From: Mucilaginibacter sp.
Lineage (GTDB): Bacteria > Bacteroidota > Bacteroidia > Sphingobacteriales > Sphingobacteriaceae
Assembly (NCBI GenBank): GCA_028288085.1
Contig: JAQBOK010000023.1
Coordinates: forward strand, 19 to 64,018
Length of the DNA: 64,000 bases
Direction: 5' to 3'
The notes below the pieces were generated by a model. It did not search any database. It saw nothing but the letters and a program-made list of their open reading frames with translations, and was not told the DNA's origin. The position numbers and the translations under genes were made by a program. The number at the start of each line of letters is the position of its first letter. The first letter of the stretch is position 1. Positions 29,035 to 38,201 of the stretch are shown piece by piece.

Positions 29035-30462
29035 ATGACAGCAAATCAAACAGCTACCGCGAGTACGCTATCCCGGATATTTACACTTTTAAAACAGTCC
29101 CTTCAGGGCGAAAATATCGACTTTACTAAAGGTAGCATGCGGCGGGCCGTATTATTGCTGGCTATACCGATGATGCTTGAAATGGCAATGGAGTCGGTTT
29201 TTGCCCTGGTCGATCTTTATTTTGTCGGGCATTTGCGCCATAGTAGTTATGCCATTCAAACCGTTGGGTTAACTGAGTCAGTTTTAACCATTATCTATTC
29301 ATTGGCAATAGGCATGAGCATGGCCGCCACGGCAATAGTAGCCCGCAGAATAGGCGAGCAAAACCCGGTAGCCGCAGCCAAAGCGGGTATGCAGGCAGTT
29401 ACCATTGCAGTGCTCATCAACCTGGTTATCGGTATAGCGGGTTTTTATTTTGCCACTAATATTTTAACCATAATGGGCGCTTCCGCCGAAACTGCAAAAT
29501 TGGGCACCAACTTTACACGTATTATGATGGCCGAAAGTATCATCATTGTATTGCTGTTCCTTATCAACGGGATATTCAGAGGGGCCGGAAACGCGGCTAT
29601 AGCCATGAAAAGCCTATGGATAGCCAATATAGCCAACATTATTTTGTGCCCGATATTTATTAATGGTTTAGGCCCCATACCCGCCTTTGGGTTAACAGGC
29701 GCTGCCATTGCGACAACAATTGGCAGGGGCACAGGTGTTTGCTACCAGCTTTATCATTTATTTAATGGCGAAAATATAATTAAAGTTCATTTAGCTTATC
29801 TGAAACCACATTGGGAGCAGATAAAGGCCATTTTTAAAATTGCTATTCCAGGTATACTGCAATTTGTAATTGGGTCATGCAGCTGGATATTTTTAGCCCA
29901 GCTGGTGGCTACGACCGGTGGCGATCATGGGTCTGCAGGCTATCAAACATCCATCAGACTAATGATGTTTTTTATGCTGCCTGCCTGGGGCATGAGCAAT
30001 GCGGCTGCTACCTTAGTAGGACAAAACCTGGGGGCAAAAGAATTTTTAAGAGCCGAAGAATCCGTTCTAAAAACAGTTAAATACAATGTGATCTATATGG
30101 CCGGTGTTACCGTCATTACCTTTTTAGCGGCCCCTTATTTGGTCGCTTTTTTTACCAATGATGTGCAGGTAAAAGAAGTAGCTACCCAGGCATTACGCAT
30201 TTTGAGTGTGGGCTACATCTTTTACGGTATAGGTATGGTGATGATGAGCGCGTTTAACGGTGCTGGCGACACCTGGACTACTACCTGGGTAAATTTATTC
30301 GGTTTTTGGCTGTTCCAGGTGCCACTGGCTTACGTATTGGATAAACATTTTAAAATGGGAATAATCGGCGTATTTATAGCTATACCAATAGCGGAAACCT
30401 GTATGGCAATAGCAAGTTACTTCTTGTTTAAAACAGGTAAATGGAAAAAGGTGAAAGTGTAA
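29035..30462 (+). CDS. MATE family efflux transporter
   Basis: LAIPMMLEM, DLYFVGHL, ARRIGE, FRGAG, GQNLGA, AFNGAGDT; about 12 TM. Confidence 0.93.
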   Translation: MTANQTATASTLSRIFTLLKQSLQGENIDFTKGSMRRAVLLLAIPMMLEMAMESVFALVDLYFVGHLRHSSYAIQTVGLTESVLTIIYSLAIGMSMAATAIVARRIGEQNPVAAAKAGMQAVTIAVLINLVIGIAGFYFATNILTIMGASAETAKLGTNFTRIMMAESIIIVLLFLINGIFRGAGNAAIAMKSLWIANIANIILCPIFINGLGPIPAFGLTGAAIATTIGRGTGVCYQLYHLFNGENIIKVHLAYLKPHWEQIKAIFKIAIPGILQFVIGSCSWIFLAQLVATTGGDHGSAGYQTSIRLMMFFMLPAWGMSNAAATLVGQNLGAKEFLRAEESVLKTVKYNVIYMAGVTVITFLAAPYLVAFFTNDVQVKEVATQALRILSVGYIFYGIGMVMMSAFNGAGDTWTTTWVNLFGFWLFQVPLAYVLDKHFKMGIIGVFIAIPIAETCMAIASYFLFKTGKWKKVKV

Positions 30463-30632
30463 ATCAAATACAGTATTTAATTAAAGATTGTTTGTTGTTG
30501 AATTAATCATTAGGTAACAATTGCCTTGAAGGGAAAAATTAACAAAACAATACAAATGTTTAATTGTACTTAGTTATGAAAATCCGATCCTCTTATTATA
30601 TTCTATTTAATTCCGAAGCAAAATTTATTCCA

Positions 30633-31016
30633 ATGAGCAAGCTGATATTAATTGATGATGATGTGATATATCACAAAATTGCCCAGATAATGTTAAAGGA
30701 ATATAGTCCGGTCAAAGAAGTTATTTCAAGTCTGGATGGTAAAGCTACTCTTGAATATCTGAAAGAGAATAGATCGAATGAAGAAAATCTTCCTGATTAT
30801 ATATTTGTCGATCTGAACATGCCTGACTACAATGGATGGGATTTTTTAAATGCCTATAAAAGGATTCGTAAATCTTTACAAAAAGTAATACGTATCTATA
30901 TTGTATCGTCTTCTATTGATCCTAATGACATTAAACGCTCCAAAAATTACACTTTTGTTCATTCATTTATTGTGAAGCCGTTGAGAAGGGAATTTTTACA
31001 AGCTTTGATCGATTGA
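30633..31016 (+). CDS. Stand-alone response regulator receiver
   Basis: Start moved to MSKLILIDDD; IFVDLNMPDYNGWDFL, IVSSS, FIVKPL. Confidence 0.88.
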   Translation: MSKLILIDDDVIYHKIAQIMLKEYSPVKEVISSLDGKATLEYLKENRSNEENLPDYIFVDLNMPDYNGWDFLNAYKRIRKSLQKVIRIYIVSSSIDPNDIKRSKNYTFVHSFIVKPLRREFLQALID

Positions 31017-31310
31017 TGTTTCCAATATTCTGTACCACTCCCGCGGGCTTTATTGTTCCACAATTCAGGCTATCTGATTTTCACCTAATTATTTGTAAAA
31101 TAAACTGGCTTTGCCAAATGGCCTGTGATTGAAACGATGTGATTTTTATTAGAACATTTTGTAACTAAATTTATTTATTAATGAGCAATTAGTCATCTCA
31201 AAACAATATACTCAAATTGTTTTGGATGCAATTAGTTAAAATAACTAACATTGAACCCCTGCTATTGTTATGCAGCTGATTCCAGGGATAGATGATAAAA
31301 GGGGGATTAT

Positions 31311-33248
31311 TTGTTGCAACTATTACACTACCAGAAAACGATAAAAAAATTTGCAAAGTCATTATTTGCAAACCTCATTTTATTAATTTGTTTACTACCA
31401 GCATTAAATGCATCGGCTCAGCAAAAAGTTACAATTGATGATGGGGTAAAACAACACATTTTTTCCTACAATGAAATAGAATGCCTGGAGGATACCAACG
31501 GATCACTCCAATTTAACCAGGTTTTGTCGCCGCAGGTATCATCTCAATTTAAGCCCAGCTGGTCAAGCACTCCCCAAAATTACAACCGGTCTTCGGTATA
31601 TTGGTACAGGATCAGCATTAAACACCCGCTAAACACTAAGAAAAATTGGGTGCTTGAATTTTTTGATCAAACTATTGATGATATAACTGCTTACATACCT
31701 ACCTCAAGCGGAAAATTTGAAATAGAGAAATTGGGGGCTTTAAATAAATTTGGCAAACGACAGATTCAACATAAAAACTTCGTGGTTGGGCTTAATATTC
31801 ATCCTCCTGCCACCTATACCTATTATTTCAGGATAAAATCGCATCAAACGGCAGATGTCATCATTGTACTTCGTTCTGTTAACTGGTTCATTGAATATGC
31901 ATTAAGCGAATACTTGCTTTTTGGCGTGTTTTATGGAATGATATTGGTTTTTGCTTTTTATAACCTGTTAATGTTTGTAGCTGTAAGACAACGACAGTAC
32001 ATATATTATATACTATATAACCTGAGTGTAGGCTTTTATGAGCTTTGCAGCGATGGTATTGGTTATCAATATATATGGCCAAATTCACCCGTTTGGAATG
32101 AGTATGCTTACGGATTTGCTCTTTGTAGTATCAGCGTATTTGCATTAATGTTTACCAACAAATTGTTGTTTGTGAAAATAAAAGCTCCCCGGTTACACAA
32201 ATTGATAAATATAGTAATAGGGGCAAGGATCGCCTTTTTCGTTATTTGCTTTTTCGTAAACAAGCAATGGTTCAATTATCGGTTTTTAGAATTTTTGCCG
32301 CTATGCATAGCATTTTATACGGGTATCTATGTATATATAAAAGGATACAGACCGGCCCGGTTTTTTGTATTGGGCTATAGCTTTTTGTTCACTGGGTTTG
32401 TAATGAAACTACTGATCACCATTGGGCAAATGGATTTGGGCGCCTTTAGTTATTATAGCCTTAGTATTTGTTTTATTTTAGAAATGATCTTTCTTGCACT
32501 CGCATTGAGTGATAAAGTAAGAATTTTAAAACGGCAAAAAGATAAGGCGCAGCGCGAAATTATCAAACAGCTAAAAGCTACCCAAAGACTTAAAGAATCT
32601 ATCAATACCAGGCTGGAAGAACAAGTACAGGAAAGAACACGCGAAGTATTGGAGAAGGCGGGCATTATTGAAAAGCAAAACGAAGACCTTAACCTTGTTA
32701 ATGAAATTTTGCAGGTACAGGCAGCCGATATATTGAGAATGAATTTGTTGCTTGAAAAGGATAACCTGGAGCTGCAAACAGGTTTTGAAAAAGTTACCCG
32801 GGATCGGATCATGTCTGCCGGCGTAGATTTTGAAGAGTTTAGCAGAATTTACCCGGACCCCGACAGTTGCTATAAGTTTTTGGCAAACCTTAAGTGGAAT
32901 AACGGATATAAATGCCATAGATGCGGCAACACGCATTCTTTTAATGGACATGTGAACCACAGCAGGCGCTGCGGTAAATGCAGTTACGAAGAATCTGTTA
33001 CGGTAAACACAATATTTCACAATACGCGGATTCCTATAACCAAGGCTTTTTATATGATATTTTTGGTTTATTCAACTAACGGCAAAATATCATCTTACAA
33101 ACTGTCTGAAATGTTATCTATACGCCAAAGTACTTGCTGGGCATACAGCAATCGCATAAAAAAACTCTTATCAAGCCGCAGAAAAGGAGTTAAAAGCGAA
33201 ACCAATGAGGGTTGGAGCAAGCTGGTGCTGGATATGCACGAAGAATAA
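31311..33248 (+). CDS. 7TM-DISM membrane sensor (DISMED2 + 7TM + coiled coil) fused to an IS1595-type Zn-ribbon/HTH domain
   Basis: IECLEDTNGSL...VYWYRISI...WVLEF (DISMED2-like); FYGMILVFAFYNLLMF...LEMIFLALALSDKV (7TM-DISM); C-terminal FSRIYPD..SCYKFLANLKWNNGYKCHRC...RCGKC..SVTVNTIFHNTRIPI...ISSYKLSEMLSIRQSTCWAY. Confidence 0.85.
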   Translation: MLQLLHYQKTIKKFAKSLFANLILLICLLPALNASAQQKVTIDDGVKQHIFSYNEIECLEDTNGSLQFNQVLSPQVSSQFKPSWSSTPQNYNRSSVYWYRISIKHPLNTKKNWVLEFFDQTIDDITAYIPTSSGKFEIEKLGALNKFGKRQIQHKNFVVGLNIHPPATYTYYFRIKSHQTADVIIVLRSVNWFIEYALSEYLLFGVFYGMILVFAFYNLLMFVAVRQRQYIYYILYNLSVGFYELCSDGIGYQYIWPNSPVWNEYAYGFALCSISVFALMFTNKLLFVKIKAPRLHKLINIVIGARIAFFVICFFVNKQWFNYRFLEFLPLCIAFYTGIYVYIKGYRPARFFVLGYSFLFTGFVMKLLITIGQMDLGAFSYYSLSICFILEMIFLALALSDKVRILKRQKDKAQREIIKQLKATQRLKESINTRLEEQVQERTREVLEKAGIIEKQNEDLNLVNEILQVQAADILRMNLLLEKDNLELQTGFEKVTRDRIMSAGVDFEEFSRIYPDPDSCYKFLANLKWNNGYKCHRCGNTHSFNGHVNHSRRCGKCSYEESVTVNTIFHNTRIPITKAFYMIFLVYSTNGKISSYKLSEMLSIRQSTCWAYSNRIKKLLSSRRKGVKSETNEGWSKLVLDMHEE

Positions 33249-33561
33249 TCACCTTTTTAACTTCATTTGCCCTGCTGTAAACAGCTCTGTATCAATTTAT
33301 TAAAAAGGGTATTTACCCGTATCATTACAGACAGATTTTCCCTGCCATTTTCTTTCTTTTTAATTAATAATCAACACTTTAAATTACTTTGATTTAAGGT
33401 ATTAAACCGTATTGTTTATTTTATAACTGTTTATATATCAGTTATTTATGTGAAAAAATATTATATTTTTTTTCTTTTTAATGTTTTATGCATTTAACTT
33501 TACCCCTCAATTCAATTAATATGCTATCAGCATAATACCAATTTTAAAAACACAAAAATGT

Positions 33562-36500
33562 ATGAAAAAACGACTTACTTTAATTGTAGTCATCTTATTA
33601 ATCAGCAGTGCTTTTGCCTGGGCACAAACAATCGCTGTTAATGGAATTGTCAAAGATGACCAGGGCATAACACTGCCCGGAGTAACTGTTACAGTAAAAG
33701 GCACATCCAATGCTGCTGTAACAGATATAAATGGAAAATATTCCATAAGTGTTCCCGGCAACGGAACCCTGGTGTTTTCATTTATTGGCTACGACAGCCA
33801 GGAGCAACCTGTAAATAACCGTACAGAGATCGATGTATCATTTGTTGCAACAAACAAGCAGCTAAATGAAGTGGTAGTTGTTGGTTATGGTTCTCAAAGA
33901 AAAAAGGATATCACATCTGCCATATCAACGGTAAGTGTTAAAGATGTTAGCTCAAGACCTATAGTTAATACTTCAGAAGTATTAGAGGGTAAAGCTGCAG
34001 GTGTACAGGTGTTTGATGCATCTGGCGCTCCGGGTGGCGGCAACTTCAGCGTAAGGATACGGGGAGCATCATCGCCAAATGGTTCTGAGCCTATTTATGT
34101 TATTGATGGGGTTGTAGTGCAAAATACTTCGAGTATAGATCCCAATAACATTGAGTCTATCAGTGTTTTGAAAGATGCCTCGGCTGCCGGAATTTACGGA
34201 TCATTAGGCGCAACAAATGGCGTTGTATTAATTACCACTAAAAAGGGAGTTAAAGGACAAACCAAGGTTGAAGTAAACATGTATACAGGTAGGCAACAAA
34301 TAATTAAAAAATTAGATATGCTGAATGCCGACCAGTATAAGAGCCTTATAAGTGATGAGTATACAAATGCCGGCCAATCAGTACCTGCATACCCGGCTAA
34401 CTTCACCGCCAATAATAACTGGCAGGATTTGACCTATAGAACCGCTAACCAAAGCGGAGTAAACGTTGGTTTATCCGGCGGTACAGATAAGGGCACTTTT
34501 TATTTAGGATTGGGCGACTTAAACCAGGATGGAATTATATACGGAACAAATTTTAAACGTTACTCCATTAATTTAAGCCTGGAACAAAAAATGAAAAGTT
34601 GGTTGTCTTTTGGTACCGACATCGCTTATAACAGGCAGGATGGTCGTACCGTAAATGATAACAACTCTGCAAATCATGGCGGTACAGTGCTGGCTGCTTT
34701 ATCTACGCCTCCAATTGTGCCGATATATAATGCAGATGGTATGTATCAGTCAAACTCTGATAATACAACCAATCCACTGGATGATATTTACAGTAATGAA
34801 AACCATTATGTAAAAAATAATTTATTAGGAAATGTGCATGCTGAAATTACTTTGCCATTTAATATTAAATACCGCTCACAACTTGGTATCTCCTTAAATG
34901 ATTATAATACTGATTCATTTATCAATCCTTTGACTAACCAGGGGGCCAGCCAGGTTAATGGTGTAGGTAGCAGCGAGAATAATGAAACATTCAGATATAC
35001 CTGGGATAATACCTTAACTTATTCAACAGTAATTAATAAAAAACATAGCATTACTGCTGTAATAGGAACATCAGCTATCGAGGAAAAATATACCGATAGC
35101 TATTTGTATGGCACAGGTTTCCCGGCTGGGGTTACTACCTTAAATGCAGCAAGTGCAAATAAATCAATTTCTACTTATAAAACCGACTGGACAACCAATT
35201 CTTATTTTGGTCGTGTCAATTACGGCTACAATGATAAATATTTGTTAACGGCATCGTTAAGGGCAGACGGATCATCAAGGGCGGGCATCAACAATCAGTG
35301 GGGATATTTCCCTGCCGTATCTGGCGCATGGCGTATCTCAAACGAGGATTTTCTGAAAAATAGTAACTTTGTAAATGATCTTAAATTAAGAGCTGGTTAT
35401 GGTGAAGTGGGTAACTTACCGCAAACACTTTATAATAGCTACAGCACATTAAACCCCGCGGCTTACTTATTTGGAGGTACCAGCGCATCCGGGTATAATC
35501 CTACCAATCCGGCAGGTAACCCCGATTTAAAATGGGAAACCACCAAAGGATTAAACATTGGGTTTGACTTGTCTGTTTTAAATGACAAAATATCATTAAG
35601 TGCTGATTATTACAGTAAAAAAACTACCGATTTTATTTTTCCTGTTATAATATCCACAGCTGAAGGCGGCAGTGCAAATCTTAAGAATACTAATTTGCCC
35701 GGTTATGTATTAAATCGAGGTATTGAATTTTCGCTAACCGGCAGAATAATAGCGGATAAAGACTTCTCATGGACAGCTACGCTGAACGCATCATTTAATA
35801 AAAATGTAGTTAATGGAATGCCACAGATATTAGACTCTAATGGCAATAAAGTTGATCAGACTTTTCCTTTTGGCGGAATTGCATTTGGCGGAAACGGAAA
35901 TGCAACCAACCTGGCAATTGTGAAAAATGGCCTTCCATTAGGAGCATTTTATGGTTATCAGTTTGCCGGAGTAGATCCTGCTAACGGCAATGCATTGTAT
36001 AAAACAGCAAAAGGAGGTACCACCGCGACACCAACAACGGATGACCAAACCTACTTGGGAAGCGGTTTGCCAAAAGCAGTTTACGGCTTTGCGAATACTA
36101 TCACCTATAAAAATTTAAGTTTAGACTTTTTGTTTGATGCGGTAGCAGGCAACAAGGTATATGATGCCACAAGAGTTGAAACCGAAGGGATGGATTTAAC
36201 AGGTAATGCAAGCACCGCTGTATTGAACAGGTGGAGAAAGCCGGGTGACATTACAAATGTTCCTGCGGCAAATATTACCGGTATCAATGCTGCGGGCTTT
36301 TCAACCATTGTACCGTCTTCACGCTTTATTGAAAATGGAGCTTTTGTGAGATTGAAATCATTGTCATTGGGCTATGTGATTAAAAATGAACTTCTTGAAA
36401 AACAAGGGATAAAAATACGCGTGTACGCAACAGCTCAAAACTTGTTTACCATTACCAAGTACAAAGGATATTATCCTGAAGTGAATTCGTTTAGCGGAAG

Positions 36501-36612
36501 TTCGCAAAGTGGAGGCTCCCTTGGCGCGCCAAGCTCAACTGCTATAGGTATTGACTATGGCACATATCCGCAAACAAAAACTTATACAGCGGGCCTGAAT
36601 GTATCATTTTAA
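33562..36612 (+). CDS. susC: SusC-like TonB-dependent transporter
   Basis: VVVGYG, LEGKAAGV, ISVLKDASAAGIYG, GVVLITTKKG, YPQTKTYTAGLNVSF. Confidence 0.95.
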   Translation: MKKRLTLIVVILLISSAFAWAQTIAVNGIVKDDQGITLPGVTVTVKGTSNAAVTDINGKYSISVPGNGTLVFSFIGYDSQEQPVNNRTEIDVSFVATNKQLNEVVVVGYGSQRKKDITSAISTVSVKDVSSRPIVNTSEVLEGKAAGVQVFDASGAPGGGNFSVRIRGASSPNGSEPIYVIDGVVVQNTSSIDPNNIESISVLKDASAAGIYGSLGATNGVVLITTKKGVKGQTKVEVNMYTGRQQIIKKLDMLNADQYKSLISDEYTNAGQSVPAYPANFTANNNWQDLTYRTANQSGVNVGLSGGTDKGTFYLGLGDLNQDGIIYGTNFKRYSINLSLEQKMKSWLSFGTDIAYNRQDGRTVNDNNSANHGGTVLAALSTPPIVPIYNADGMYQSNSDNTTNPLDDIYSNENHYVKNNLLGNVHAEITLPFNIKYRSQLGISLNDYNTDSFINPLTNQGASQVNGVGSSENNETFRYTWDNTLTYSTVINKKHSITAVIGTSAIEEKYTDSYLYGTGFPAGVTTLNAASANKSISTYKTDWTTNSYFGRVNYGYNDKYLLTASLRADGSSRAGINNQWGYFPAVSGAWRISNEDFLKNSNFVNDLKLRAGYGEVGNLPQTLYNSYSTLNPAAYLFGGTSASGYNPTNPAGNPDLKWETTKGLNIGFDLSVLNDKISLSADYYSKKTTDFIFPVIISTAEGGSANLKNTNLPGYVLNRGIEFSLTGRIIADKDFSWTATLNASFNKNVVNGMPQILDSNGNKVDQTFPFGGIAFGGNGNATNLAIVKNGLPLGAFYGYQFAGVDPANGNALYKTAKGGTTATPTTDDQTYLGSGLPKAVYGFANTITYKNLSLDFLFDAVAGNKVYDATRVETEGMDLTGNASTAVLNRWRKPGDITNVPAANITGINAAGFSTIVPSSRFIENGAFVRLKSLSLGYVIKNELLEKQGIKIRVYATAQNLFTITKYKGYYPEVNSFSGSSQSGGSLGAPSSTAIGIDYGTYPQTKTYTAGLNVSF

Positions 36613-36635
36613 TACAAACCCTAAATTTTAAGAAA

Positions 36636-38111
36636 ATGAAGAAATATTATAAAATATCGGCAATTGCGATGTGTTTAGCAATTGGACTAACATCAAGCTG
36701 TAAAAAGGACTTTTTAAATAAACAGCCTATTTCACAGGGTACCGCAGGTAACTATTATAAAACGGCCAGTGATGCTGAAGGCGGATTGGTGGGGGCTTAT
36801 CAGCAAGCTTTTTTGAACGATCAATATTGGGTTTGGGATTATACAACCAATGGTGATGCACGCGCGGATAATTGTTATTCTGGTGGAAATAATCCTGATA
36901 ACATTGGTGTAGATAACTTTACCCTATCATCACTTAATGGAAATATAACCCGCGACTGGCAGGGATTATACCAGGATATCTATGCTTCAAATATAGTATT
37001 AGATTATGTACCCAAAATTCCTGCAACGCAATTTGCAAATAACAGGCAACAGCAAATTCTTGGGGAAGTTAAATTTATAAGAGCATTATCCTATTTTCAG
37101 CTGGTTACCACTTACGGAGATGTTCCATTAATTTTATCAACCATAAATACACCAGTTAAACCAACAAGGACAGCAGCGAGCACTGTATATGCCCAAATAG
37201 AAAAGGATCTGCTGGATGGTGAGGCGGTTCTACCGGTTTCATTTGCCAATGTGGGGCATGCCACACAAGGCGCTGTACAGGCCTTATTAGCAAAAGTATA
37301 TGCCCAGGAAGGTAAATACCAACAATGTCTGGACTATTGCAACAAGGTGATTAACGGTGGTCAATATGCATTAGTACCAAACTATGCAACCTTGTTTGAT
37401 GGCACTAAAAATACCTCTGAGTCCATATTTGAGATACAACACTCATCTGCCAGTGGTTTTACTACTTACAATACTTCGTTGTATTTACCTGCTCAGTTTG
37501 GCACCTATTCTTTTTTAAAGTTTAATGTTCCAACTAATGACCTTATTAAGTTGTTTAAATCACAAAACGACAATATCCGTTTAAACGCGTCGGTCTTTAC
37601 AGCAACAATAGCACCTGATGGAACAGTAGCAGGAGACCCAATCCCACCTCCATACACTAACGCTTCACCTACAGTTCCTTTCTTGTATAAATGGAAAACC
37701 AACATCTCGCAATTTGGCGGCGGTACAGATAATACCATACTATTACGCCTGGCTGATATTATACTGCTAAAGGCCGAAGCCTCAAACCAATTGGGACAAA
37801 CAGCACCGGCAGTCACTTTGGTAAACCAGATCAGAACAAGGGTTAAACTACCTGCTATAACAGCAACTACTCAAGCTGACGTTGCGTTGGCCATATTAAC
37901 TGAACGCAGAATGGAGCTGGCTTTTGAAGGCTTCCGCTGGAACGACCTTTTGAGGTATGGTAAACAATATACGATCAGTTTAATGAATAGCCAGGTTGAC
38001 CCTTTCGGGAAAACATTAAATTATAATGTAACCCCAAATAAATTGTTATTCCCAGTTCCGTATAATGAGATACAGTTAGACGGTAACCTTACTCAAAACC
38101 CTGGTTATTAA
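36636..38111 (+). CDS. susD: SusD/RagB-like surface lipoprotein
   Basis: Lipobox LTSSC; GEVKFIRALSYF, LRLADIILLKAEA, ERRMELAFEGFRWNDL, PVPYNEI, QNPGY. Confidence 0.94.
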   Translation: MKKYYKISAIAMCLAIGLTSSCKKDFLNKQPISQGTAGNYYKTASDAEGGLVGAYQQAFLNDQYWVWDYTTNGDARADNCYSGGNNPDNIGVDNFTLSSLNGNITRDWQGLYQDIYASNIVLDYVPKIPATQFANNRQQQILGEVKFIRALSYFQLVTTYGDVPLILSTINTPVKPTRTAASTVYAQIEKDLLDGEAVLPVSFANVGHATQGAVQALLAKVYAQEGKYQQCLDYCNKVINGGQYALVPNYATLFDGTKNTSESIFEIQHSSASGFTTYNTSLYLPAQFGTYSFLKFNVPTNDLIKLFKSQNDNIRLNASVFTATIAPDGTVAGDPIPPPYTNASPTVPFLYKWKTNISQFGGGTDNTILLRLADIILLKAEASNQLGQTAPAVTLVNQIRTRVKLPAITATTQADVALAILTERRMELAFEGFRWNDLLRYGKQYTISLMNSQVDPFGKTLNYNVTPNKLLFPVPYNEIQLDGNLTQNPGY

Positions 38112-38119
38112 TTCCTATT

Positions 38120-38152
38120 AAAAGCCGCAATCTATCAATTGCGGCTTTTTTA
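38120..38152 (+). terminator. Intrinsic terminator after susD
   Basis: AAAAGCCGCAAT/ATTGCGGCTTTT 12-bp stem plus T run. Confidence 0.75.
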
Positions 38153-38201
38153 TAGTTTTTAGCGTATCTTAATTGCTTTAACATATTCATAATTATATAC
38201 A

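Noticed and set aside
32571-33020. 149-aa antisense ORF within the 7TM-DISM gene
   Set aside because: Opposite-strand shadow with no domain signal.
32829-33248. An IS1595 insertion sequence
   Set aside because: No DDE domain, no terminal repeats seen, and the segment is in frame with a membrane sensor; treated as a domesticated domain.
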